A stretch of DNA of 64,000 bases from an uncultured Erysipelotrichaceae bacterium (GTDB lineage: Bacteria; Bacillota_I; Bacilli_A; RF39; UBA660). Positions 30,148 through 40,734 of the stretch are shown here, one piece after another; the stretch's first letter is position 1, and the number at the start of each line of letters is the position of its first letter. The notes below the pieces were generated by a model. The model was given only the letters and a program-made list of their open reading frames with translations, was not told the DNA's origin and did no database searches. Where the stretch lies: contig CACYWH010000002.1 in NCBI GenBank assembly GCA_902778125.1, positions 974-64,973 of the forward strand. Reading direction: 5' to 3'. A program made the translations under genes and the position numbers.

Positions 30148-31907
30148 TATTTTTTATTAAACCATATATTTTGAATATGTGCATTATTTGAATCAGGTGT
30201 AGGATTTGGCTTATCTATTCTAGCAAATGTTGGAATATTAAATGCATTACCAAAACAAAATGCAACACCTGGACGCAAAGTCTTTAATTTTTCTATATCA
30301 GCTACAGCTACACTATGAGAAATACTCTTTATTATCTTTAAATCTTCAGGATGGAACATTCTAAGTATTAAATAATTAGAACATTGACTTAATGCAGTAT
30401 TAGATAACTCACTAGGTCTTTGAGTTATTAATCCAAGAACAACTCCATATTTACGACCTTCTTTAGTAATTCTGTCAAATATATTATAGCCAATGACATT
30501 AATATCATTATCATTTTGAACATATCTATGTGCTTCTTCTAATACTATTTGAATTGGAAATTCTCCCCTATCCTTAAGTAAAATAGAATAATCAAGAAAT
30601 AGTTTTGAAAATATTTTTGTTAATACTTTAGCAAATCTTTCATCTACATAGTTTAAATTAAAATTAACAATTTGTGCCTTTTCACCTGTTATAGTTGTAA
30701 ATAATCTTCTTATATATTCTTCTTTAGTAATGTATTCATCCATCTCAAAATATTTAGCAGAAGGACTATTAATAATAGCATCTAATCTTACCTTTAAAAC
30801 ATTATTCTCGTCATATACTTTATCACTCTTAAGTACACCTTCACTAATTAAAGCAAACTCAAATGCGCTATATAAATCTTTAAGTGTATATTTTTTTGCC
30901 TTCATAGAAGAATTTAAATGTAAATCTTCATTTATAAAAGGTTCTAAAAATTCTATTACTAATTGCATTGTATTTATTTTACCTGTTTGATCAACATTTA
31001 AACATTGTCTTAATGTTCTAATATACCCTGGTTGAACAATTTTACTTTCTAAATTTATATCTTTAGTATAAAAGGAAGATAAGACTGCAACTATTTGATC
31101 TCTTATTTGAGTTGATGCTTTTCCACTTGTTAATATATCCATAATTGCTTTAGCAATTATATTATTTTTATGTGTTATAACATCTTCTTCTTTTTCAGTA
31201 AATAAATAAACATACATCAATGCTTTTTCTATTATTGGTAATTGAGATGATGAATCAGCATTAAGTAACAATGCCAAATCATCTACATCTAAGAAATATA
31301 TTGGCATTTTTATTATTTCTATATCTGTATTAACAGTATTGGTCGTCAATTGTTTACATCTACAACTTTGAGTTTTATTTATCATATCTAATGCTGGTTT
31401 ATATTCACCATAAACATCAAATAATATTATATTTGAATTAACTGGTACATATTCTTTTCTATAAAACAAGTTTTGAAATAATCTTGCAACACTACAACTT
31501 TTACCACTTCCAGTATTACCAATTATTGCAAAATGATTTGAAAAGAAATTATCTATATTAGCTGAAACATTATATCCATCATATGCTAAAGATTTTCCTA
31601 TATATAATGAACCTTCCGAATCAACTTTTTGATTTCCAAGTAATGAAACTACTTCTTCCCTAGTAATTAATCTAATTTTAGAGCCATATGTGGGTTTGTG
31701 AATAACACCACTATAAAATACATTATCCATGAATTCTCCAACCATAACGCAGCTTATTTCATCTCTACTAATAGAACTCACTTCACAAACAACTTTATGG
31801 TTATCTTCAAATACTAAATGCATTCCGATTAAGGATGCTTCTACTCTTTTAGCGGCATTATCTATTTTAATACATTCATCAACAATTGAAATTATATTTC
31901 CAAACAT
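30147..31907 (-). CDS. HerA/FtsK-superfamily ATPase (DUF87-like) with an N-terminal HAS-barrel-like domain
   Basis: Walker A is IIGNTGSGKS, Walker B is IVLEEAHRY, and LITQRPSELS is present. It has its own extended -10 TGATATAAT (31934-31942) and SD AAGGAG. Confidence 0.65.
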   Translation of the reverse strand: MFGNIISIVDECIKIDNAAKRVEASLIGMHLVFEDNHKVVCEVSSISRDEISCVMVGEFMDNVFYSGVIHKPTYGSKIRLITREEVVSLLGNQKVDSEGSLYIGKSLAYDGYNVSANIDNFFSNHFAIIGNTGSGKSCSVARLFQNLFYRKEYVPVNSNIILFDVYGEYKPALDMINKTQSCRCKQLTTNTVNTDIEIIKMPIYFLDVDDLALLLNADSSSQLPIIEKALMYVYLFTEKEEDVITHKNNIIAKAIMDILTSGKASTQIRDQIVAVLSSFYTKDINLESKIVQPGYIRTLRQCLNVDQTGKINTMQLVIEFLEPFINEDLHLNSSMKAKKYTLKDLYSAFEFALISEGVLKSDKVYDENNVLKVRLDAIINSPSAKYFEMDEYITKEEYIRRLFTTITGEKAQIVNFNLNYVDERFAKVLTKIFSKLFLDYSILLKDRGEFPIQIVLEEAHRYVQNDNDINVIGYNIFDRITKEGRKYGVVLGLITQRPSELSNTALSQCSNYLILRMFHPEDLKIIKSISHSVAVADIEKLKTLRPGVAFCFGNAFNIPTFARIDKPNPTPDSNNAHIQNIWFNKK

Positions 31908-31951
31908 ATTAACTCCTTATTATTCTATAAAAAATTATATCATATTAAATT

Positions 31952-31975
31952 AAAAATAGAAACATAAAGTTTCTA
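31952..31975 (-). terminator. Terminator of M16 pair 2
   Basis: The stem TAGAAAC/GTTTCTA is followed by a T5 run. It overlaps the stop codon. Confidence 0.5.
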
Positions 31976-33235
31976 TTTTATTGTTTTTATAATTGAAATA
32001 TTATCAAAATTGATTAAAGATAATATCCTTTTAGCCTCTTTATAACTCATATTTATTGTTTTAGAATAATCATCAAAGTCTATTCTATTATATTTCATAA
32101 GTGAAACACATATTAAGTATTCTATATCCTCAATATTTTCAAAATCTTCAATATAATTCTTTAAATATATTTTTTTCTTTCTTTCAAATTCTTTTTCTGT
32201 TAGTTTTAATTTCTTAATATCTTTTTTAATATTTTTAATAAATAAATCAGGATTCTTACTAACAGCACTTATTGTTATAATTAAGTAATCATCTACTATA
32301 TTAATTCCAGAACTAAGACTTAATGCAATACCTTTTAATTTATATTTTTCATATAATTTTGATGATTGAGAAAAATTATTTGATAATATTATTCCAAGAT
32401 AATCTCTTAAGATACTCTCTTCTATATTGAATATTCTTTTATCCATTTTAATAGCATACTTTACTCTATCGTTTTCAAGATCTTTTTTTATTTCCTCATA
32501 ATTTACTCTTACATTAATACTTTCTTTTTCTTTTATTCTTTCGGGTAAAGTTCTAGGTTTTAATTTCAATTTATTCATATAATTTTTAATTAAATCCATT
32601 ATTTCTTCTTCATCAAAATTACCGGTTACAATAATAAAAGTATTATTAGAAGAATAATAATCATTATATATTTTATTCAATAATTTAGCGGTTATTTTTT
32701 CTATATCTTCTCTTTCACCAACAACGGCTTTTTTTGAATATGAGTTAGTAAATAAATTATCATATAAATGATAAGATATTAAATAATCTATCTTATCTTT
32801 ATACATATCTATTTCCTCACCAATTATTCCTTTTTCTTCTTCTACATTCTTTTCATTAATATCTGTATTGTAAAATAAGTCCAATAAAATTCTTAAGTTT
32901 TCTTTAATATCTTTACTACCAAATATATTATAATTTGTTCCATAATAACTAGTCCATGCATTGGCAAGACTTCCTAAATCGTTTATTCTTTTTGATATTT
33001 CTTTATTTTCAGATAATGCCATAACTTTATGTTCTAAAAAATGTGCGCTTCCAGGTATTACATCAATTATTTCATTATTAACTTTATATTTTGTGACATT
33101 AGCACCATATTTAACAGATATTGATAAATAAAAATTTTTAGTTTTATCTGTTTTATATAAATAAACTTCTACTCCATTTTCTAATTTTTCTATTAAAAGT
33201 TTTTCATTAACCTTCTCAAATACTTTTTCTGTCAT
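31973..33235 (-). CDS. M16 family peptidase, active-type subunit (YmfH-like position downstream of ftsK)
   Basis: The HxxEH motif is present (GSAHFLEHKV). It shares a 1-nt TAATG overlap with the upstream partner. Confidence 0.7.
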   Translation of the reverse strand: MTEKVFEKVNEKLLIEKLENGVEVYLYKTDKTKNFYLSISVKYGANVTKYKVNNEIIDVIPGSAHFLEHKVMALSENKEISKRINDLGSLANAWTSYYGTNYNIFGSKDIKENLRILLDLFYNTDINEKNVEEEKGIIGEEIDMYKDKIDYLISYHLYDNLFTNSYSKKAVVGEREDIEKITAKLLNKIYNDYYSSNNTFIIVTGNFDEEEIMDLIKNYMNKLKLKPRTLPERIKEKESINVRVNYEEIKKDLENDRVKYAIKMDKRIFNIEESILRDYLGIILSNNFSQSSKLYEKYKLKGIALSLSSGINIVDDYLIITISAVSKNPDLFIKNIKKDIKKLKLTEKEFERKKKIYLKNYIEDFENIEDIEYLICVSLMKYNRIDFDDYSKTINMSYKEAKRILSLINFDNISIIKTIK

Positions 33236-34494
33236 TAGTTATCTCCTTTCAATAGATAAATTGTTGATAAAGATAGTTTTTCATTTAATTTAATAACATC
33301 TTCAATAGTAACTTTATTTATTTTTTCTCTTATTGTTTCAATACTATCAACATCTTCAAATTCCTTTATCCAATATTCATTTACTTGCATTGATAAATCG
33401 TCATAATAATTGTTTAGATATGTATTAATTGTCTTTTTAGCTGAATCAAATAGTCTTTCAACTACTTTTTTATCCTTCATTGATTCAACACATTCCTTAA
33501 TTAATTTAACTGTTTTATCATAGTTCTTTTTATTTATTCCTGCATATATAGTAAGAGATGGATTGTATTTAGAATAATATGATCCTATTGTGTAACAAAG
33601 TGAATTTTCTTCACGTACTATATTAAATAGTATTGAATCATTCATAGTACCTAAAATAGTATTATATACACGAAGAGTATATTCAAGTTCATCATGAGTA
33701 AGATTATTTAATCTATATCCTACATATAATCTCGATTGATTAAATGGTAGACTATCTATTTTTTCATTTAATTTATTATCATATTTATGTTTAATATTAA
33801 AAGATAACTTTTCATTTTTATTACCTTTAATATTTTTAAAAATATCTTTAATATATTTATAAATATCAAAATCTATTTCACCATGAACAACAATGTCTAT
33901 TTTATAACTGCCGTTAAATAAAGTTTTATAAAAATCATAAAGAGTTTTAGGTGTAACTTTTTCAAGTTCTTTAAGTGTTGGATACATACTATATGCACTA
34001 GGTGTTCCTTTATACATTAATTTAGCATATTCAATTGAACCATATCTTCTAGAATCATCTTTTATAGCTTTTATACTTGATATTAAATCATTTTTAAGTA
34101 AATTAAAATAAGTATTCTCAAATTCACAATTAACTATGTTAGGATTAAATAATAATTCCTTAAAATAACTTAATGATTTTTTTAAATATGTTATATCAGT
34201 ATATTTTGGATTTAAAAAATCAAGTGAAAATGTAAAAGATTCAAGAGCACCTGTAGTACCAAAAGAACCCGCTATATGAGCACCATATAAATTCTCATAA
34301 ATTGTTGCCATTTTATTTTTAGTATTATATTTTTTTGAAGTATAAGTTAAGTTTTGTGTTAATAAATTTGCATAGGCAATATCATTTTTATCAAACTTTT
34401 TAGTTAAAAATACAACTACACTAATGCTTTTAAATCTATCATTATTAATTATATGTAAATTCCATTCTTTTTCTTCTATTTTTTTATAATTCAT
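33235..34494 (-). CDS. M16 family peptidase-like protein, non-catalytic partner (YmfF-like)
   Basis: It has M16-like size and pattern, but the HxxEH position is degenerate (YANLLTQNLTY). It is translationally coupled to the active subunit. Confidence 0.55.
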   Translation of the reverse strand: MNYKKIEEKEWNLHIINNDRFKSISVVVFLTKKFDKNDIAYANLLTQNLTYTSKKYNTKNKMATIYENLYGAHIAGSFGTTGALESFTFSLDFLNPKYTDITYLKKSLSYFKELLFNPNIVNCEFENTYFNLLKNDLISSIKAIKDDSRRYGSIEYAKLMYKGTPSAYSMYPTLKELEKVTPKTLYDFYKTLFNGSYKIDIVVHGEIDFDIYKYIKDIFKNIKGNKNEKLSFNIKHKYDNKLNEKIDSLPFNQSRLYVGYRLNNLTHDELEYTLRVYNTILGTMNDSILFNIVREENSLCYTIGSYYSKYNPSLTIYAGINKKNYDKTVKLIKECVESMKDKKVVERLFDSAKKTINTYLNNYYDDLSMQVNEYWIKEFEDVDSIETIREKINKVTIEDVIKLNEKLSLSTIYLLKGDN

Positions 34495-34537
34495 AAACAT
34501 CCCCTTCCTCGTGTAATATTATAACATAAAATATTTT

Positions 34538-34568
34538 AAAAAGAAGATAACCTAATATCTTCTTTTTT
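34538..34568. terminator. deoD terminator (bidirectional form)
   Basis: The stem AGAAGATA/TATCTTCT is flanked by an A run and a T run. Confidence 0.6.
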
Positions 34569-34582
34569 ATTATTTACATTAA

Positions 34583-35290
34583 TTAATTTTTTATAATAGA
34601 TTCTAATGCCAAATATATCATTTGATCTAACTTTTGTTCTCTTTCTAATGCATCTATTTCTTCATGAGTAATCAAGTTATCGCTTATAGTTAATATGGCT
34701 GTTGCTTTTTTATAAAACTTCTTAGCATTATATAATAATGCATAAGTTTCCATTTCTACAGCCTTACATCCAAGTGAAGTATACTTTGTATAATCACTGC
34801 TTTCAGTATAAAATGCATCACTAGTATGTACTCTTCCGATAGTAGTATGAATACCTTTTATTCTTGCTGTATTCATAATTACTCCATTTAATTCTTGAGA
34901 AGAGTTTATTATTTCAATATCTTCTCTACCAGAATCCTCATCAAAGTGCGTACTAGAATATGCAGAATCAGCGACTAATATATCATAAACTTTGAGATTC
35001 TCATAATAACTGCCAGCTGTACCTATTCTAATTATTTCATCAACATTATAATGATCAAATAATTCATGACTATAAATGCCCATACTGGCAATTCCCATAC
35101 CACTTGAAAAAACTGTTACTGGCACACCTTTATATGTTCCAGTATAAGCAAGTTCACCTCTTAATTTATTAACTAATTTAGGGTTTTCTAAATATTTATT
35201 TGCAATAAAAGTTGCTCTATTAGGATCTCCTGGCATTAATACTTTTTTTGCAATATCTTTTTCCTCTGCTTCAATATGAACTGTTCCCAT
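34583..35290 (-). CDS. deoD: Purine nucleoside phosphorylase, DeoD type
   Basis: The N-terminus reads VHIEAEEKDIAKKVLMPGDPNRA...GVPVTVFSSGMGIAS, and the EMET motif is present. Confidence 0.9.
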   Translation of the reverse strand: MGTVHIEAEEKDIAKKVLMPGDPNRATFIANKYLENPKLVNKLRGELAYTGTYKGVPVTVFSSGMGIASMGIYSHELFDHYNVDEIIRIGTAGSYYENLKVYDILVADSAYSSTHFDEDSGREDIEIINSSQELNGVIMNTARIKGIHTTIGRVHTSDAFYTESSDYTKYTSLGCKAVEMETYALLYNAKKFYKKATAILTISDNLITHEEIDALEREQKLDQMIYLALESIIKN

Positions 35291-35296
35291 ATTTTA

Positions 35297-37543
35297 TTAC
35301 TCCTTTGGCTCTTCTAATTTTACTAATACGTCACGTGGTTTGCTTCCTTTTGCAGGACCAACAATACCTTTTTCTTCAAACATATCCATTATACGAGCTG
35401 CTCTATTATAACCTATACTATATTTTCTTTGAATTAATGAGGCACTTATTTGTCCCATTCTAATAGCATAATTTAATATTTCATCATATAACACATCTTT
35501 TTGTTCAGAAGAAGATCCTCCTCCTGAAACACTTCCACTAGATTCACCATTACTTTCTAAATTTGTGAATTTATCACTATATCTAGGTCCATGACTTCTT
35601 TCCTTAACAAAGTCAACAACTTTTTTAATTTCATCATCTGATACAAAACTTCCTTGAATTCTTGTAGGTGTATTGTCATCCATTGGTTTATATAACATAT
35701 CACCTTTTCCTAAAAGTTTCTCTGCACCAATCATATCTAAGATAGTTCTTGAGTCTATTGATGAAGATACAGCAAATGAAATACGGGTTGGTATATTAGA
35801 TTTAACAACACCTGTAATAATATCTGTTGAAGGTCTTTGAGTTGCAACTATTAAATGAATACCTGCAGCTCTTGCTAACTGAGTAATTCTCATTATTGAC
35901 TCTTCTACTTCTTTAGCAGCAACTAGCATTAAGTCAGCAAGTTCATCTATAATAACTAGAATAAATGGCATCTTTTTAAGACCACAATCAGGATGCTTTT
36001 TTAATTCCTTTTCAATATATTCATTGTATGTTTGAATATTTTTAGTTCCACTATTCTTAAACGTTTCATATCTATCATCCATTTCAACTACAATCTTTTG
36101 TAAAGCAGCACTTGCTTTTTTAGGATCAGTTACAACAGGCATTAACAAATGAGGAATACCTTCATAAACATTAAATTCTACCTTTTTAGGGTCAACAAGT
36201 ACCATTTTAACTTCATCTGGAGTAGATCTCATGAGAATAGAGACTATGATATTATTAATACAAACACTTTTACCAGCTCCAGTAGCACCCGCTACTAACA
36301 TATGTGGTGTTTTATTAATTTCGACATACTTAACATTTCCCATTATATCTCTACCAAGAGGAGCAGCTAAAACAGAATTTTCTAGTTTCTTTTCTTGTCT
36401 CATTGCTTCCATAATTTCACGCATAGAAACAGGCACTACAGTTTGATTAGGAATTTCTACACCAACTGTGTTTTTACCAGGAATTGGCGCTTCAATTCTA
36501 ACTTCCTTGGCAGCAAGTGCAAGCGCAATTTCTCTTGATATGCTTAATACTTTATTTACTTTTGTTCCACGTTCTAAATCCATTTCATATTGCGTAACTG
36601 CAGGTCCAACATGAACTTCAATTACCTTAGCACGCATACCAAAATCTTGGAATACTCTTTCTAATGTTTTAGTATTTGATGCAATGAATTCAGTGGAATT
36701 AACTTTTCCAGTATTTTTACTCAAATTTAATAATGTTACTGGAGGTTTTACATATATTTCATCAGAAACATCTTCACTTGATTCAACATGCTCAGGTGTT
36801 TTCTCAATAGTACCAACAGTATCAGTTTTTTTAGTTTCTAAATCTTCAACACTCGTAATTACAAGTCTCTTATCAACTGAAGATTCAGCCTCTTCATCAT
36901 CTTCTATATATTTTCCACGAGATTTACTATGTTTTGATTCAATTTCTTCTTCATCATCTTCTTCTTTAGTAAATATCTTTTTGAAGGCATTTCCTATAGA
37001 CCTAAATATATCAGCTATTGTTAAATCAAATACCATTATTAAACCAAATCCAGCAATTACAACCATAACAACAGATGTTCCTTCTACAGCAAATAATGAA
37101 ACAAATAACCAAGAGGCAGAAGCTCCTATAATTCCTCCACCAGTATTTCTTATTTCACTTTCATTTTGAAATGCATTTGTTATATTTTCATATGTACTGG
37201 TAAATATTTCTTTTCCACGAACTCCATTATCTCTAATATAATTAACATGAGCAAATAATAATAATGCTAAGATTAATGAATATATGCCTACTAGTCTACC
37301 AGTAAAGTAATCAGGTTTACTTCTTTTAGCAATTAAGTATACTCCTAAGCATAATGAAACTATCATAACAAGAATATACCAAGTACCAAAAAGGAATATT
37401 CCAAACTTTTTAACCAAGCCACCAACTACACCAAAATCTCCAAGGCCAACTATAGAAAATAGTACTAGAATTAAACCTTGGATTTCTTTTGAATATCTAA
37501 ATCCCTTTTTACCATCTGAAGATTGCTTTTTTTTCTTTGCCAT
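35297..37543 (-). CDS. ftsK: DNA translocase FtsK/SpoIIIE
   Basis: It has N-terminal TM helices, an acidic linker, Walker A VAGATGAGKS, the motif VIIDELADL, and a gamma wHTH (LIQRKYSIGYNRAARIMD). Confidence 0.95.
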   Translation of the reverse strand: MAKKKKQSSDGKKGFRYSKEIQGLILVLFSIVGLGDFGVVGGLVKKFGIFLFGTWYILVMIVSLCLGVYLIAKRSKPDYFTGRLVGIYSLILALLLFAHVNYIRDNGVRGKEIFTSTYENITNAFQNESEIRNTGGGIIGASASWLFVSLFAVEGTSVVMVVIAGFGLIMVFDLTIADIFRSIGNAFKKIFTKEEDDEEEIESKHSKSRGKYIEDDEEAESSVDKRLVITSVEDLETKKTDTVGTIEKTPEHVESSEDVSDEIYVKPPVTLLNLSKNTGKVNSTEFIASNTKTLERVFQDFGMRAKVIEVHVGPAVTQYEMDLERGTKVNKVLSISREIALALAAKEVRIEAPIPGKNTVGVEIPNQTVVPVSMREIMEAMRQEKKLENSVLAAPLGRDIMGNVKYVEINKTPHMLVAGATGAGKSVCINNIIVSILMRSTPDEVKMVLVDPKKVEFNVYEGIPHLLMPVVTDPKKASAALQKIVVEMDDRYETFKNSGTKNIQTYNEYIEKELKKHPDCGLKKMPFILVIIDELADLMLVAAKEVEESIMRITQLARAAGIHLIVATQRPSTDIITGVVKSNIPTRISFAVSSSIDSRTILDMIGAEKLLGKGDMLYKPMDDNTPTRIQGSFVSDDEIKKVVDFVKERSHGPRYSDKFTNLESNGESSGSVSGGGSSSEQKDVLYDEILNYAIRMGQISASLIQRKYSIGYNRAARIMDMFEEKGIVGPAKGSKPRDVLVKLEEPKE

Positions 37544-37550
37544 ATTGCAC

Positions 37551-39263
37551 CTAACTTTCCATCTTGTTTAAAAGTTTTTTATGAATACCAGGTTCAACAA
37601 TATTTAAGGTATTCAAAACTATTTCTAATGATTCTTTATAATTACCCTTATTAAATGCTTTTTCGGAAGCTATAAGGCCATTTTCAACTTCTTTATTTGA
37701 TGATCTATATCTGTTTCCATATACAATAGCCATTTCAGCCATTGCGGCAGTCTTAACAGTAGAAGATGCAGTCTGATATAACTTTAATGACAAATCTTGT
37801 GCTGTATCAACTCTTAAATTTAATGTCTTAATAGATATTGGCTTCTTTTCTATTTCTTTGTTTATTTCGCCAATCGCATCATATGCTTCCTTAAGCTCAA
37901 CATAAAATTTATCAGGAATAATTGGTAAATTATAATCCTTTATTTTATATTTAGAATTATTTATAATATTTTTTATTTCATATAGTTGTTCACGTGCTCT
38001 TGCTTCATCTTCTTTTAAACTACCTAAATTTTTAAGAGTCATTTCTAACTTATCTTCAACTTTAGATAAATTAACTGCTACTAACTCACATTCATTATTT
38101 AATTTAGAATATGGCATAACTTTAGATAATGTCCTATCATTTATAAGTTTAAAACTATCTTTAACTGATATTAATTCTTTGTTTATTTCATCAACAACTA
38201 ATATTTCTTCATCTGATAAATCGTAAGTATCTTTAATATTACCTATTTCAGAATACAAATTTTTAACAATGGAACTAACTTTACTAATTCTTTCACTAAC
38301 ATTAATTATTCCTCGTTCATATTCTCTTTTACCACGTTTTTCATTATCAAAATCAGTATATATTTTTTCATAATAATCAACTAAAGTTTTTAAATCAAAA
38401 ACAGAATCTTGAAGATTTAATACTTTTAATTTATCCAATATTTCATTAATTTTTTTATTAGTTTCTTCTATATTGTATTCAAGATTAAGATATTCAATAT
38501 TGTATCCTTCTCTTTTCATTCTATTAGCAATATTTTCAATATCTTTCATCTTTTTAGGTAAAATCATATTAGATATTAAAAGTATAGTTGGAGCTTCTTC
38601 AACTACGATACTAATGTTATTAATCATGTCATCTAGTGCTTTTACAATTTTACCATATTCTTCATAATTCTTATTTTGAACAGCAACTTCAAATGCACTA
38701 AATAATTTATCTATATTTTCAAATTGCAATTCAATTGGTGAGTTAACACCCGTATAATCATTTTTATTCTTGTTATACTTGAATACTACTTCTCTATATG
38801 TACTCTTTAATTTTGTTATAGCTTCTCTATTTCTATATTCACTTTCAGTTAAATCTTTAATTTCACCAAGTAATTTAATAGATTTTGCTTTAACATGAAA
38901 AATATCTTTTTCTATATTTAACAATGTATTTTGTGCTTGTTCATAGTTTTTATCTACACATAAAGTTTCTGCTTCAACAAGTTCATCTGTAAGCATTGGC
39001 ATATCTTTTTTTTCAATATCTTCAAATCTCTTCTTCCAAGATTCAACATCAGATGCTAATTTCTTGTTATTAGCAAGCTTTTCTGCCTTATCTAACTCTG
39101 TAATTAATGAAGAAGAAATTATCAAATTCTTTTCTGTATTTAATCTATCAATATTGTTAATTATTCTTTTCTTTTTATTATTCTTTATTACTAAGCTTAA
39201 TACAAATATTAAAGCCATTAGGATTATAAATACTATAATAATTATTAATGTTGTCTTATTCAT
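37551..39263 (-). CDS. ezrA: Septation ring formation regulator EzrA
   Basis: It has a single N-terminal TM helix followed by about 540 aa of coiled coil. Its size and pattern are typical of EzrA. The start was moved behind AAGGAGG. Confidence 0.75.
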   Translation of the reverse strand: MNKTTLIIIIVFIILMALIFVLSLVIKNNKKKRIINNIDRLNTEKNLIISSSLITELDKAEKLANNKKLASDVESWKKRFEDIEKKDMPMLTDELVEAETLCVDKNYEQAQNTLLNIEKDIFHVKAKSIKLLGEIKDLTESEYRNREAITKLKSTYREVVFKYNKNKNDYTGVNSPIELQFENIDKLFSAFEVAVQNKNYEEYGKIVKALDDMINNISIVVEEAPTILLISNMILPKKMKDIENIANRMKREGYNIEYLNLEYNIEETNKKINEILDKLKVLNLQDSVFDLKTLVDYYEKIYTDFDNEKRGKREYERGIINVSERISKVSSIVKNLYSEIGNIKDTYDLSDEEILVVDEINKELISVKDSFKLINDRTLSKVMPYSKLNNECELVAVNLSKVEDKLEMTLKNLGSLKEDEARAREQLYEIKNIINNSKYKIKDYNLPIIPDKFYVELKEAYDAIGEINKEIEKKPISIKTLNLRVDTAQDLSLKLYQTASSTVKTAAMAEMAIVYGNRYRSSNKEVENGLIASEKAFNKGNYKESLEIVLNTLNIVEPGIHKKLLNKMES

Positions 39264-39358
39264 AATATCCTCCTTATAACATTTTATCACAATAATTAAT
39301 TTTTTTATAGTATTTTAGAAAAAAAGTAATAAAAAAAATTAAGGATTAACCTTAATTC

Positions 39359-39850
39359 TTATAATGCTTTTCTCATTGTTATGGCATCACCAATTAAATC
39401 TTTAGCCTCAATATTACTCTTTCTATATAATAAAGATTGTTCAATTTGTGATAAAAGATATCTTTTGTTTCTTCTTTCATTATCTAATTCTAACTTTACT
39501 AAAAAGTCATCCTTTATTTTTTTATTATCTGGTCTTGGTTTGCCTACTTCTCTTAATACAATTCTAGAACTATTAATTCTGCATTTCTTTTTAATCTCAT
39601 AGCACATTTTATCTATTTCTTCTAAACTTCTAGACATTAAATAGTCAAATGAATATATTAATGGACTATTTTTAATATAATCGCTATATAATTCAGTTTC
39701 TACTTCAAAATATGCTCTTTTGTTTTGCTCAGCAGCATAGACATTTAAAAAATCATAATACATACTTCTTGGAAATGCATTATCGTTTCTAAATAAATGC
39801 ATCATATCTTCTATTTGTATATAACAATGACCATCTTTAATTATTTTCAT
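39359..39850 (-). CDS. Hypothetical cytoplasmic protein (163 aa)
   Basis: The ORF has a strong SD (AGGGGAGG) at the internal ATG. No motif was recognised. Confidence 0.4.
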   Translation of the reverse strand: MKIIKDGHCYIQIEDMMHLFRNDNAFPRSMYYDFLNVYAAEQNKRAYFEVETELYSDYIKNSPLIYSFDYLMSRSLEEIDKMCYEIKKKCRINSSRIVLREVGKPRPDNKKIKDDFLVKLELDNERRNKRYLLSQIEQSLLYRKSNIEAKDLIGDAITMRKAL

Positions 39851-39908
39851 ATTTTCCTCCCCTTTCAACAGGACTGATATCTTATCACATTTTTTTAGAA
39901 AATGCAAC

Positions 39909-40619
39909 TTATTCTGGATTATAAACACTACCTTTTGATTGAATTTTCCCTTTTGCAAAATTTAATACAGCTTTATTATACACTTCTTCTAAAGTTCTAT
40001 ATCCAAACGCAGTTGTCATAATGTTATCATTAAGTAATATTGTATTGTTATCAACCGTACCATTATAATTTAGAGTAACGGTATCATCTTTAATTTTAAC
40101 ATTTCTATATTTAACAACTCCATAAACAATGTTTTCCTCACCTGAAACATTATATGTGCATTTAATAACATCGACAATATTGTTACCAAATGAATCTTCA
40201 TATAAATATATACCTACTGGTTCATATTTAACATTTATATTTTGAAATGTGTTAAAACTATTCATTTTTGTTAAAAAGTCTATTGAGCTTGAATTAATCA
40301 TTTCAAGTGTATCGTTTTCTACTAATGATATATCAATTTTATTGCCTGAAATTTGTTTAAATATACTAAAGAAAACAAAAGCAAAAATAATAACTGCTAC
40401 TAAAATTATAAATCCACTTACAAATAAATGGGTTACACCAAATGTTTTAAGTAGTTTCTTTTGTAAAGTAAAATCACCAGCAATTGGGTTTTCTTTTTCT
40501 TTATGATCATTTTCAATTATAAATTCTTGACCACAATAATTACATTTAGTTTCTGTATCTTCAGAATCAAAATTTAATTTAGCTCCACAATTAGGGCATT
40601 TCTTTTCTATAATTTTCAT
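39909..40619 (-). CDS. Zinc-ribbon, TM helix and extracytoplasmic domain protein; function unknown
   Basis: It has a CPNCGAKL...CNYCG zinc ribbon and one TM helix (LFVSGFIILVAVIIFAFVFF). Confidence 0.45.
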   Translation of the reverse strand: MKIIEKKCPNCGAKLNFDSEDTETKCNYCGQEFIIENDHKEKENPIAGDFTLQKKLLKTFGVTHLFVSGFIILVAVIIFAFVFFSIFKQISGNKIDISLVENDTLEMINSSSIDFLTKMNSFNTFQNINVKYEPVGIYLYEDSFGNNIVDVIKCTYNVSGEENIVYGVVKYRNVKIKDDTVTLNYNGTVDNNTILLNDNIMTTAFGYRTLEEVYNKAVLNFAKGKIQSKGSVYNPE

Positions 40620-40734
40620 ATTATCACCAAGACCATTATACAAAATATATTGACAAAAAACAATTAATTTGATACTATGCTTTTAATGCTGTTAATTTTA
40701 TCTAGAATGTGCACTTATATTTATAGGAGGGTTA

